This document shows positions 23,097 to 35,368 of a stretch of DNA of 64,000 nt, piece after piece. Origin of the DNA: Eledone cirrhosa (Eukaryota). A program made the translations under genes and the position numbers. The notes beneath the pieces were generated by a model. That model saw nothing but the letters and a program-made list of their open reading frames with translations. It ran no database searches and was not told the DNA's origin. The stretch lies in NCBI GenBank assembly GCA_964016885.1, contig OZ024741.1:166346001-166410000 (forward strand). The letters are read 5' to 3'. Position 1 is the first letter of the stretch. Every line of letters begins with the position of its first letter.

Positions 23097-24646
23097 TTAC
23101 CTTTTCGTTTCCTGGAGATGGGGTTGTTCAATCTCCATTTGGGTGCTGGGTGGGGTGTTGGGTGGGGTGGGGAAACCTTTCAACAGGACGCGGTTGATGG
23201 ATTTGTGGCAGGGGTTGCCCACGTCCTGTGAAAATTTAATTTTCAGGTCTTTATAGGTTTCCATAGAAACCCTTATAAGTTTAAGGTGTGGAGACGATTC
23301 TGCCTTGACGAAAGTTTTGCCCTCCGTCTCCACCTTGGGGATTTGGGAGATGACCTCCATCAAACTCTTGTTGTTTGTGTTGATGTATGCGTATTGTTGT
23401 TTGTGTTTTTGTTGTATTGTTTTAGTTTGTTGTTCATCCGGGAGTTTTCTTTTTATGGTGGGTGCTTGTGTTTGGGGTGGTGTTGGTGTTGGTTTTGCTG
23501 ATAGGGGGATGTTTGACTGTGGTGTTGTTTGTGTTGTTGTTTGTGTCTGTGGTTGTTTGTTGGTGTTGGTGATTGGAGTTTTGGGGGTTTTGTGGTGTCT
23601 CTTTTTTTGTTTTTGGATTTCCGCGGTTCTCCCTCTTCTTCACTTAAAGAAGGAGAAGCAGCTTCATCCGTCGATGAATAACCATCGTCAGGTGTGTGGG
23701 GTAAGGGTATGTTGTGTGGTGGTGGTGGTGTTTCGGTATGTGTGTTTGTGGTAGTGTTTGATGGAGTGGGATAGAGTGAGGATGTGTTCTTCAGGGGTGT
23801 TGTCTCTGTTTTTTCTGTTGTTGTTGGTTGAGTGTCTGTTTGTTTTGGTGTGGTTGCTCGTTTCGTCTGTCGTTGTACTTGTGGTGGTGGTGGTGGTTGT
23901 TTTGGTGTTGGTGTTGGTAATAGCGTTTTTTTTATGATGTTGCTGTTGTGTGTTTGTGGACAAGAGGCTTTTAGGTGAGATGTGCTACCACAGCGAAAGC
24001 AGTGAAATTTTCTTCCTTCTACCGAAATGTTTATTTTGTTGTTATTATCAATAACGACTCTTTCGGGTATTTTGGAGATTCTCTCCGGTTTCATTTGCAA
24101 CAGAATCTCCAAATCGGTGCCCGCCCACCTTTGTCGAATGGATTTTCGTATCGAAAGTATTATGTCTGTTTCTGGCTCTACGAAGCCAGCCAAGATCCAC
24201 CAGATGTTAATGCTTGGAGGTATGTTTTTTATTTTTATTTTTTGTGTCCTTTTCCCCATGTATGTAGGGAAAAAGGTGTATGCTTTTGACACTATTGGTG
24301 TCACAGAGTTTTTTGGGGCCAGTGCCTCGCTTTTAAACAGTACGGAAACACTTCCGTACTGTTTTCCTCGCTGGAGAAAATCGACATTTCCTAGAATCTC
24401 CTTGAAAGAATCTTCTATATCTGACTGATTAACAAATGTCGGTTTTCTTGACGAATTTGACACAGTCCTAAAAGTGACTGATCGGCGGTTTGTGTCTTCC
24501 TTTATTTCAAGGGGTGAGTTAATTCTAAACCCACCTCTTTCTTCGAAAGTTACAAATTTTCTCCCTTGCTGGAGCATATCTCTTGCGTTGGAGATATCAA
24601 GATTTATAAAATCTTGTTTCTTGTTGACTGTGTCAGCGAAAGACAT
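23097..24646 (-). pseudogene. Tx1-B ORF1 (zinc knuckle), frameshifted near its C-terminus
   Basis: CFRCGSTSHLKASC and FFPTYMGKRTQKIKI shared with copy A; the C-terminal TEGKTF..NRVLLK part lies in 23097-23363. Confidence 0.87.
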
Positions 24647-25180
24647 TTTCTTTTTTTGTGTGATGTTGTTGTTAATAATGATGTTATCGTTGTTGGAAAT
24701 TTTATGTGTAGATGTATCTGTAGAGTTGTTGATGTCTTTTTCATGTGTATGTATGTCAATGGGTTTTTTGCCGTGTTTTCCCGTGTGTTATTGTCATTTC
24801 TCTCCGCTTCGGCGGTAGAAATTGTAACATTTTCAAATGTTCATATATTTTTTTCTTTTGTGACAGTATCTATGGCAACGTCCATAGCAGCAGAAGCAGA
24901 TATAACGTTAATATCTGCCTCTTTCTCTCTCTTTTCTCTATTAACGTTCTCCAGCGTTCTAGTGTTGCTCAAGTTTTTTTACTTTGTAAAATTTGATATT
25001 TTAAAACAAACTTTTAAATAAAATTTTCGCCCCTACAGGGGCGAAAAATGGGATTACCACCCAGCTGACAATTCAGCTTGGGGGTTAATCTACAAAGTGT
25101 TGTATTTTTTTCAAACAATTAGATCGGGTTTTGCATAGAAATTAACAAAAAACTTACCGGCGATATTCCACACGTTAGAC

Positions 25181-25185
<5 letters not shown>

Positions 25186-25240
<55 letters not shown>
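25186..25240. repeat. (GATA)n at the 5' end of Tx1-B
   Basis: Direct reading. Confidence 0.95.
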
Positions 25241-25242
<2 letters not shown>

Positions 25243-28200
25243 CAGATTATATAGGTTTGTATTTGAGTGAATAAATAGAATGTTTATGATTTAGATAATA
25301 TGAGAGAGTGAGGAGGAAGTGATGAATATGATACACTCCGGGTGATGACAGTTAAGTTAAGTAACTTCCGGAATGGTCTCAGTTTGTTTCCTGTCACGTG
25401 CTTTATTAAATGTGTAAACGAAAACAGAAAAAATTTAACAAGCAGATTTATAGAAGAAACATTGAATCGACATGGGACGTAATGGTGAGGTTCGCTCTTT
25501 ACATCCTGCTTACTTAAGGGAAGATGCATGAGCAGGACATGTTTCCCGGCTGGAGAAACATTGCTTGTCTAAGATTAGGCTGTATGGCCAACTCTCCACT
25601 GGCCACGGCACAAAGGTGTACTGTAAAAATATATTAGATCGTCAAGTATGAAATTTTTAGAGAGGTATATGGTCATATGTTTTTTTCTACAAATTTCATA
25701 CTTGACCAAATACAAGGATTCTCTGAAGAAATCCCTCCAAGAATGTCACCTTGGCCATCACCAATGGTTTCGTATGACATCTGATTGCGTGACCTAATGA
25801 CACAATGTCCACTAGTTAGTTCCTTTGTTCGAAATGTATTGCAGGTAGCAAAAGTGAGTCAAAGAAAGACAAGTGACACAACAACGCCAAGCCCAGAGTA
25901 GAATTTCCCTTGTTGTTGTTGTAGCTGTGTCTGTAACTCAGCTACCAGCGAGGCTACAATTGACGTGGGCAGGCCTCCTTCATACGGCTTCGATATCGAA
26001 GTAAAGTCAGTCTTGTGAGGGAAATTAGTAGCGGGGAGATGGTTAGAAGCCTGTTAGACTGAGTGTGCCTCTAGTTAAACGGACCAACTTCGTTATACAC
26101 TGAGTCATACCCAATCTCTCTGAGAATCGAGCTAAGGATACACTTGTCTGTGAAATGCTCAGCCACTTACTTGTGAATTACAACAGCAGGCTGTACCGTT
26201 GATCGAACAACTGGTACACTCATTTTCGAAATCGATAAAGGTCTATAGGTCGATAATATATGGAATTCTGTTGAGCGGCTTTTTCTGCTTACTACTCAGT
26301 TGGTTATAGGTATATGTGTTAATTATGAACACATATTCTCTCATTTAAAGGGAATTTAACTTCACTATATATATATATATATATGATCTGAATCGGAAAT
26401 AATTGTTCGTGTCTGCTGGTAATCAAATTTGTTGATATTGAGGCGTGACGTTTTCATATTTCTATCATAGTCGACAAGCAATAGGGAACGAGAGACTTAT
26501 GACTCCACAACCTCTGTCCACCAAACAACCTCCAGCAATATAAATACTGTACAAAACGAAGGTCTACGGCGAAGAGCTAACTGTAGGTAGTTATGAACGT
26601 AATCTAAGTTGCCTTCAAACAAGAAGACTTAGAAAGTAACTATTGATAAAATATGGTGAAATGTCTACATCTGCTCACTGCTTGTTAGCAATATGAAACA
26701 ATGGCACTGGAAGCCAGACCAGGAAGTATCGCATACATTAGCTTCTATTGAATAGACAGTGTGCAGAAAACAGCAAAGCTTGGTAGAAATGTTCTCTACA
26801 GTTGGGCTTGATTAAGTCGTTTCGTCTTGTTATGAATGAATAGTTAAAAATGTTTCATTAATCGTTTTGACACCAAGCTGTCTATCCGTCCCCCGATTTT
26901 ATCACACAAGGCTGTTTATTTTAAAGGGTTTATATCTATATATAAAACTTCTATAGTAATTTAATGTAAAAACATCTATTAAGCTATGCTCCAAGTACCA
27001 GCTTAGTAAAAAAAATATTAGTTATATTAGTAAAACCATCCAAATTCTTCATTATTTTCACAATGATTTGAAAATTGTAGGCAATGTTTTTCATTAGAAA
27101 CATGGCGAGAAAAGTGTTAATCATTTTGTTTTTATGAGAATACGATCATATATATAAGGGAAATAATGTATAGAGAAACTGTATATGATCCAGAGATAAT
27201 ATACAATAAAATATTGACTTGATCCCAGTACCTAACAAGCAGAAAATGACGGAGAATTGAACATAACATTAGACACACAACTATAACTAGTTTGGTTTCT
27301 TCAGGAATCCTACAGAAATTCTATTTTTGTCCATGTCAGCAGAGTGACAAAACATGTTTAAAGTAGAATTTGAACTGAAAATATATTTTTAAAAAAATTG
27401 ATCTCTTTACTGCCTTTTCCTCATAATATTACAATAAAAACTGACCATGCTCATTATATCACCGTATCGGTGAGCTGACATGAAATCTGAGAGTTATATA
27501 TTTCGTGCAGTGTTTGGTTTTATCTGAAATCAAACAATTAACTTGCAAACAGACATTGAGGAGCGGCTGATAATAAACTGATGACTAGAAGTAGATGACA
27601 AGTAGTGAACGAGTAGACAAGAAACCGTCTTCAATATACAATGTCCAGTATATTCTTCCATTTACCGGAATTACTAAAGGAAATGTAAATTATTGATTGA
27701 AATGGGATGTGAAGCTTTTATAACATTCAGAAAGTATTCTAATAGAGTAGAGGAGATTACGCCAACTTTTGAAGATACAATAAACCAGTGTATTTAAGGA
27801 GAACGGGTGCTTATTATGGTAAAGTAGATTGACATTTATGCATTGCACTGCTGGAACTGAAGTGAGCAGACAAGAAATGAAATGTGTATTCCTGACACGA
27901 ACAAATTTACATATGTTTGGAGGAGAATCTTTTGTAAACATTCCGAATTAATTTATTTTTATATAGAATTAGATTTATTTAATTGTTTGAAGAAGAAAAG
28001 TACTGGTGGTTTCTGTTGATTCGATCTTGGTACTGGCAACATAACTATTTTTAAAATTGGTAGAGAGCAACAAATTTAAAAAAGAAGAGGAGGAGAAATA
28101 GGTGATTGACTTTAGTACAAGATTTGGACTAATCGACTTCGTAGAGATGACAAACAAATTAAATTCAGAACATCGCAGTACAAAGCTAAATGCTGAATAA

Positions 28201-28249
28201 TATTCTTAATCGCTCTGTTGATATTTACCTTTCCACCTCTTGCGGTAAC

Positions 28250-28935
28250 AACGATTTCTACTTGAAGAACAACGCCAGTAATTTAGGGGAAGGGGGAAGT
28301 CGATTATAACGGTGACAGTATTTGACTGGTATGTATTTTATCGGCTCCGAAAGAATAACAGGCAAAGTTGACCTCGTAATGAAACACAGCAACCTTCCAC
28401 CGCCCTTACGCTCGGGTTAATAAACAATGACTAATTTATTCACAAGGTCAGTAATTTGCGAGAAGGGAAATGTCGATTGTATCGATTTCACTACATGACT
28501 GGTACTTTATTTTATCGACCCCGGCAGGATAAAAGGCAAAGTTGACCTCAGAAGGATTTTAACTCAGAACATAGAGGGCAGTAACTAAATGATGGAAAGC
28601 ATTTTGCTGGACGCTCTAACGATTCTGCAAATTCACTGCTCTTGCAGCTCCTGTTAATAATGATTTCTAGTATAGGCACAAGGCCAGTAATTTGGGGGGA
28701 GGAGAAAGTCAATTAAATCGACCCCAGTACGTTACTGGTGCTTTATTTTATCGACCTCGTAAGGATGAAAGGCAAAGTTAACCTCGGCGGGATTTGAACT
28801 CAGATCATAAAGTGCCGTAACTCTGTGCTGCAAAGCATGGTGTCCGACTCTACTGATACTAGCAATCCACTGCCCTTCGCTCCTGTTAATAATTGTTTCT
28901 ACTTTTGGCTCAAGGCCAGCAATTACCCAGTACAT
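28250..28935 (-). mobile_element. Tandem cluster of 3-4 family A SINEs
   Basis: Repeated ACTGGTACTTTATTTTATCGACC...GGATGAAAGGCAAAGTT.ACCTC...GATTTGAACTCAGA. Confidence 0.85.
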
Positions 28936-29666
28936 TAATGATATCAAAAAGTGCTGGAGATAGAGAAACAGTAGAGTGTTACATGAAATATTTTGGTTTC
29001 TAACAACATATACTCCGATGCGGGTGATAACCACCGTTCTTAATTCCTTAACCTTTCACACTCCGGATTATATACACTCAATCTAAACATTTCATGCCAG
29101 ACGTGCATTAATTCCTTTAACTAACATATGGCCACACCTAGTCCAGCCATTCTGTTGCTCTACTAGACGTAGGGTATTAATATAGATGTTTTCACATCAG
29201 TATAGGTATATAAGTTTGGGATACAGGTGTAATGAACGAAATTAAGGCTAACAGTTCAATAAGAATGATTTTATTCAATCCGGAAGAAACGGAATGCAAA
29301 TTATTCTGCAGATGCATTTAAAATCCAAACCTATCAAAATACTCCAGCAAATTATCGATTCAACCGCTCCAGTGCCCTAAAAAATAATCAATATCTATTA
29401 CGTATTCAGAGATATCGTAATTGTTCAAAGCATCGGCATAAATTGTTGCTTCTGTAATTATACCTTAAACATTCTTTACCTTGCGATAGTAAATACTTCC
29501 TCTTTCAGGGATTTTCCTCACGATAAAAACTATTCTCTGTTACAATAATAGATCCATTATTGTTAATAAAACTGCATTTCGGGCAAAATCTTCATGGCTT
29601 GCATTAAGGTGTCTGACAATGAAGCTATCAGTCGGTTATTTATTCATTTTATTATTTATTTAATCA

Positions 29667-29850
29667 AGGGTGTTGGATTGGCAGTATCGGTAGGGCATCG
29701 GACGCCATGCTTTACAGCATAGAGTTACGGCCCTTTATGATCTGAGTTCAAATCCTGCCGAGGTTAACTTTGCCTTTCATCCTTACGCGGTCGATAAAAT
29801 AAAGTACCAGTCACGCACTGGGGTCGATTTGATCGACTTTCCCCTCCCCA
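29667..29850 (+). mobile_element. tRNA-derived SINE, family A
   Basis: Head TGGCAGTATCGGTAG (A box) and GAGTTCAAATCC (B box); body GCCTTTCATCCTTACG.GGTCGATAAAATAAAGTACCAG. Confidence 0.88.
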
Positions 29851-30183
29851 AAAATGTATTTAATCAATCAAATTAAATGTCCGTGCAATGCCTATTAGCC
29901 ATGACAGACTGCGAGTAAGATGTATATATAGAGAGAGAGAGATAGATAGATATATAGATACAGAGAGAGAGAGAAGAGAGAGAGAGAGTGTGTGTGTGTG
30001 TGTGTGTGAGTGTGTGTGTGTGTGGAGGGTGGCAAAAGAAACAAAAATAAGGAAAAAGTGAAAAATAAGGACTGCTAGAAAATACTTATATGTTTCTGTT
30101 GAACCATTTCGCAGCCTCCATGTATTGGAAGATCTTGTTTATGGTTGGTAGATCTTTGACAGTGTAACAATCTTCATTATATG

Positions 30184-30287
30184 CGCCGAGGTTGACTTTG
30201 CCTTTCATCCTTACGGGGTCGATAAAATAAAGTACCAGTAATGCACTGGGTAATTGCTGGCCTTGTGCCTAAAGTAGAAACAATTAT
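30184..30287 (+). mobile_element. SINE family A, 3' part
   Basis: Same body and tail as the other copies. Confidence 0.85.
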
Positions 30288-30434
30288 ATGCAAATTAGTA
30301 CATCCATTTCAAAATAATGCAGAGAACGAAGGGAAATTCGTATTTTGTGGCAGGTTTACATGCCTATATATATATATATAGTGAAAATGGAACGGGAACA
30401 AAACAGAGAGGCAGTACAAACAAAGGTTTATTAG

Positions 30435-30495
30435 TTTCACGCTCTTGAGAGGGGGGGGACGTTTCGGGCATAAGCCCTTCTTCAGGCGAAAAGTG
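30435..30495 (-). ncRNA. Minimal PLE-type hammerhead ribozyme
   Basis: Minus strand reads CTGAAGA-AGGGC-TTAT-GCCC-GAAA-CG-TC, then AATAAA and (TA)n. Stem I pairing is weak. Confidence 0.75.
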
Positions 30496-30726
30496 GGTGG
30501 GAAGAGAGTTCCGAGGGTGTGCAGGGAGTAGAGGAGAGACATTTAGAAATAAAGGGAGGGGAGGGTGGAAGGGGTACAAATAAAAATAAAAAAATAAAAA
30601 TAAACATGAAGATAAACAAGTGGTGGAAGGGTGTGGGGCGTGTAGGGGTGGTGGCGGGTGGAGTGGGGAGAGGGAGGCGGGGTGTCCGAGCGGGGAGGGC
30701 TGAAGGTGGTGTATGTGTGTAGGCAT

Positions 30727-30803
<77 letters not shown>

Positions 30804-31070
30804 TGAGAGTTGGGGGAAGAACGAGGTTCCATGTTCAAGAAAAGGTGTGTGTGTGCGTGTGAATGGGGAGTGGTAGAGGGGTGGGGGAAAGGGGGGGCGA
30901 TAGGATTCCGGAGGCTCAGTGTGTATATATGTGGGGGTACGCACGTGTGTGTTGGTGTTTATACGTTTTGTGGATGTAGGTGGCGTGGTTCGAATAAACT
31001 AAACTCTGGAGTTTCATCTGCGCACACGGAGGATCATTATATAGGTGGATTATATAGGTGGATCATTATC

Positions 31071-31253
31071 AGGGCGGTGGATTGGCAGTATCGGTAGAGG
31101 GTCGGACGCCATGCTTTCCAGAATAGTTACGTCCCTTTACGATTTGAGTTCAAATCCCGCCGTTGACTTTGCCTTTCATCCTTACGGGGTCGATAAAATA
31201 AAAGTACCAGTAATGCACTGGGTAATTGCTGGCCTTGTGCCTAAAGTAGAAAC

Positions 31254-31259
<6 letters not shown>
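31071..31259 (+). mobile_element. SINE family A, full length
   Basis: GGGCGGTGGATTGGCAGTATCGGTAG ... AAAGTAGAAACAATTA. Confidence 0.9.
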
Positions 31260-31320
<61 letters not shown>

Positions 31321-31322
<2 letters not shown>

Positions 31323-31375
31323 ATGAACCTGATCCTCCGTGTGCGCAGGTGAAACTCCAGAGTTAAGTGTTTGTT
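31321..31375 (+). ncRNA. Degenerate hammerhead motif with a partial inverted copy at ~31000-31040
   Basis: TAATGA (core remnant)-ACCTG...CAGGT-GAAA-CTC CA GAG-TT. Confidence 0.5.
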
Positions 31376-31554
31376 TATTATGTAGATTTTTTCTAAATGT
31401 AGCGACCTATTATATTTATTTTGTGACTCAGTTTGAAAAACCCTGTTTTAGAATACAACTGTTCAGAGCTGCAGTACGTCCTTGTACCGAAGAATAAACC
31501 TATTCCTCTTGAGTAGTGCTTAATAGTGATTACCATTAAATCTCGTACAACTTA

Positions 31555-32200
31555 ACCCCCCTCCCCCATAGTACTCCCCATCTAATATCATACTACCTCA
31601 CCCCTCTATAGTACTCCCCATTAAATATTATACTACCTTACCCCTCTATAGTACTCCCCATTAAATAATATACTGCCTCACTCCTCTATAGTACTCCCAT
31701 TAAATATTATACTACCTCACGCCTCTATAGTACTCCCCATTAAATATACTACCTCACCCCTCTATAGTACTCCCCATTAAATATTATACTACCTCACCCC
31801 TCTAGAGTACTCCCCATTAAATATTATACTACCTCACCCCTCTATAGTACTCCCCATTAAATAATATACTGCCTCACTCCTCTATAGTACTCCCATTAAA
31901 TATTATACTACCTCACGCCTCTATAGTACTCCCCATTAAATATACTACCTCACCCCTCTATAGTACTCCCTATTAGATATTATACTACGTCACCCCTATA
32001 TAGTACTCCCCATTAGATATTATATTACATCACCCCTCTATAGTACTCCCCATTAAATATACTACGTCACTCCTCTATAGTACTCCCCATTAAATATACT
32101 ACGTCACCCCTATATAGTACTCCCCATTAAATCTTACATTACCTCACCCCTCTATAGTTCTCCCCATTAAATATACTACCTCACCCCTCTATAGTACTAC
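31555..32200. repeat. Minisatellite, ~37-40 bp unit, ~17 copies
   Basis: Unit CCCCTCTATAGTACTCCCCATTAAAT(ATT)ATACTACCTCA. Confidence 0.95.
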
Positions 32201-33403
32201 TCACTCTTCCTCTCCCCCGTGCTCATGATTGAACACAACATTACCTCCCACTCCTCCCCCTCCTCCGCATCCTCCTTCTCATCATCATCATCTTTCTCCT
32301 CTCCTATAGTCTTCATCATTAACCCTTTTAATACCAAACCGCCTAAAGATGGTTATGAAGCCATTTGTTTATATATTCACCTAAAAACCTCACATGAAAG
32401 TTTTACGCTAGAACGTTTATTCAGTTATAATTCAAATATCGGCTTAATTAATGGCAATGTTAATTTTATTTCTAAAGCCTTGCAAAATCTTGATTATTTT
32501 CAAAATTAACTGAATATCCTAGACAGTCTCTTTCATTAGAAATATGGTAATGAAAGGGTTAAATCTTATATTATCCTTTTATCCTTCTCTACTGTTCTTG
32601 TCATTATTTTATCTGATTCCGACCTAAAACTTGGTGTTTCTTCCCTAAACATCTTTCCTTTCATCATAAGATCTTATAATACCTTTAAAACGCTAACATT
32701 CTCTCAGAATACTTAAATTAAGAAACTGATAGAAACTATTCATAAACCGTTTTGAAACATAAACGATAAACATTTGTGGATTCTTTAGAGTGTTGACGTC
32801 TTTAATACCATTTCTCAATGCTCCTGATAAAGAGAGCATTTAAAGGAAAATGCTCTACGTTTGTATTTATTATTAATCCCGTTGTGTTCCATAAATACGA
32901 CACTAAATTATTGTGATATATAACAGTAATAGCCGTTGGTGTTGTTCTGTATCGGACTAAATATGCATGAGAGAATTCCTATCAAATCGTGTGTAGTTTG
33001 CCTAAACTCTATAGAGAAAGCTTTTAACGCCAATAAGCCATGCCAGTTACGCGTATAAATGTTACATTATTAAGTGCTTTTAAATGAAAATATTTACTGC
33101 TCTTGGCTCAAAGGACGAAATAGAAGGAACTAACATTGATGAATAAATATACATGTCATGAAGAAGACACCATCATCTTGTTCTTTCTTTCTGTTTAAAT
33201 ATTAACTCTCTTCCGCTAATTTGAACATAACTCCACTAGAAAGAAAGTGAATTAGCGTGAAGGATGGAGGGAATAGTTTATTTGGTGTGTGTATGTGTGT
33301 AGTTATGGCAGATATAGATAAATGTAGTTGTCTGTAAGTATGTGTGTAAAATAGTGAGGTAGGGCGAGTGAGGGGAGAGTGAGACACGGGGGGGGGTAGA
33401 TAG

Positions 33404-33439
<36 letters not shown>

Positions 33440-33470
33440 GAATATATATATAAATATATATATATAAATA

Positions 33471-33513
<43 letters not shown>

Positions 33514-33669
33514 AAGAACGAAATGAGCTTTTTATTGACTAGGCTCAGTTACGAACGTTTCACAGATGGTTGGCTAAAGATCCATATTTGTGTTATAGAC
33601 CCGACTCCAGTCCCAATTTTCCCATCAGACTTGTTAATCAAGCAGAACCTAATCACCCAACCTCTCTCT

Positions 33670-33752
33670 CTGGACTCAGATCGGAAAGGGACGTAACTCA
33701 TTGCTGCATAGCATGCCGTCCGACCCTCTGCAGATACTGCCAATCCACCGCC
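33670..33752 (-). mobile_element. SINE family A head
   Basis: GATACTGCCAATCCACCGCCC on the plus strand. Confidence 0.75.
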
Positions 33753-33914
33753 CAATTAATAATGATAATTATAATAATGAAATTAAATTAAAATGTATAT
33801 ATATATATACATACACACACATACATACACACACACATACATGTATACACATATATACACACATCTATATACATACATACACACACACACACACACATAC
33901 ATACAAACCTCGGC

Positions 33915-33961
<47 letters not shown>

Positions 33962-34317
33962 GTATGCTCGTATGAAGATCTTATTGGCGTGAAATAGAGT
34001 TCCAAGAATATGATATTACTTAAGTGACATATACACCTTAAAATATGTATTAAGTACTCACTAGCTCATTCGCCTACAACGAATAACGTTTAAAAATACT
34101 GTGTACGTGTGAGTGTGCACATGTGTGTTTTTGTGTGTATGTGTGTGTCTAATATACAATTATATTTAAAAACATCTGGTTGACTTAAGGAGCACTGGAA
34201 TTTTTTTAATTTGAAATGTAGCCGTCCCAACGTAAATGGTAATATTATAATAGTTCACTGCTTATTAAGTTAACCGGATGTTTACACTTCTAAGTACAAG
34301 TTCAAAATTAGTAACCA

Positions 34318-34392
34318 AGGGCTGTTTAGTGTAATGGTTAAAGCACTTCACCGACATTCGAGAGATACGAAGTTCGATTCCTCTGGCAGCTG
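34318..34392 (+). pseudogene. tRNA-like sequence (pseudogene or SINE head)
   Basis: TAGTGTAATGGTTAA A box and GTTCGATTC B box, partial acceptor stem; anticodon and T stems pair poorly. Confidence 0.4.
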
Positions 34393-34424
34393 TCTTCCTA
34401 GATACTTTACATGAATTTATCGAC

Positions 34425-34922
34425 TATAGCGTCGAACACCATGCTTTGCGGCATAGAGTTACGGCCCTTTACGTTTTGAATTCATATCCCGCCGAGGTTA
34501 GCTTTGCCTTTCATCCTTACGGGGGGTCGATAAAATAAAGCACCAGTAATGCACTGGGGTCGATTTAATGGACTTTCCCCTCCCCTCAAGATAGCTGGCC
34601 TTGTGCCTATAGTAGAAATCCTTATTTCTTCCTAGATACTTTACACGAATTTATCGATTCTAGCGTCGGTCACCATGCTTTACGGCATAAAGTTACGGCC
34701 CTTTACGCTTTGAGTTCATATCCCGCCGAGGTTTGCACTGGGGTCGATTTAATCGACTTTCCCTCCCCTCAAGATTGTTGACCTTGTGCCTATAGTAGAA
34801 ATCATTCTGAGTTCAAATCCCGCCGAGATTAACTTTGCCTTTCATCCTTACGGGGTCGATAAAATAAAGTACCAGTAATGCACTGGATAATTGCTGGCCT
34901 TATGCCAAAAGTAGAAACAATT
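34425..34922 (+). mobile_element. Tandem, locally duplicated family A SINEs
   Basis: Three SINE bodies; the flank CTTCCTAGATACTTTACA is duplicated at ~34394 and ~34628. Confidence 0.85.
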
Positions 34923-35285
34923 ATAGTCATATACGTTGGGGCGATTACATTTCAAATGACAATTATAATTTTATTTTCAACACTTGTAAGATTCTATAGA
35001 TTTGTGCTGACATTGTGTGCTATATTTCTGTAAATGTGATTCTTTAGAAATTAAACTCCAAAATAGAAAATTGTTTATAGAATATGTAAACCTATTAATA
35101 AACATGTGTCTAAACGTAAAGCTTACGGTTAATATATTTTACACATATGTACCGTTGGATTGTAGGTTATTCCTCCCAGGTGACATATGAAAACTGATTT
35201 CATACACACACACACACAGATACATACATACATACATATACATACATATATATATATACACATACATACATACATATTTACATAT

Positions 35286-35362
<77 letters not shown>

Positions 35363-35368
<6 letters not shown>

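Larger units (their letters stand above)
19376..25175 (-). mobile_element. Full-length L1/Tx1-clade LINE, copy B (different subfamily)
   Basis: Same architecture as copy A and same 3' end (GTGGCTAATAAAGAAA); flanked by (GATA)n on both sides. Confidence 0.94.

Noticed and set aside
25300-28200. Host gene exons in the non-repetitive-looking stretch
   Set aside because: No recognisable ORF or convincing splice-bounded exon. A weak 'VQKTAKLG' LINE-end-like remnant near 26760 is too degraded to call. Small exons cannot be excluded by eye.
31555-32200. CRISPR-like array
   Set aside because: Units are contiguous with no unique spacers, no cas genes, and the context is eukaryotic.
34318-34392. Functional tRNA gene
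   Set aside because: Anticodon and T stems pair poorly; kept only as tRNA-like.
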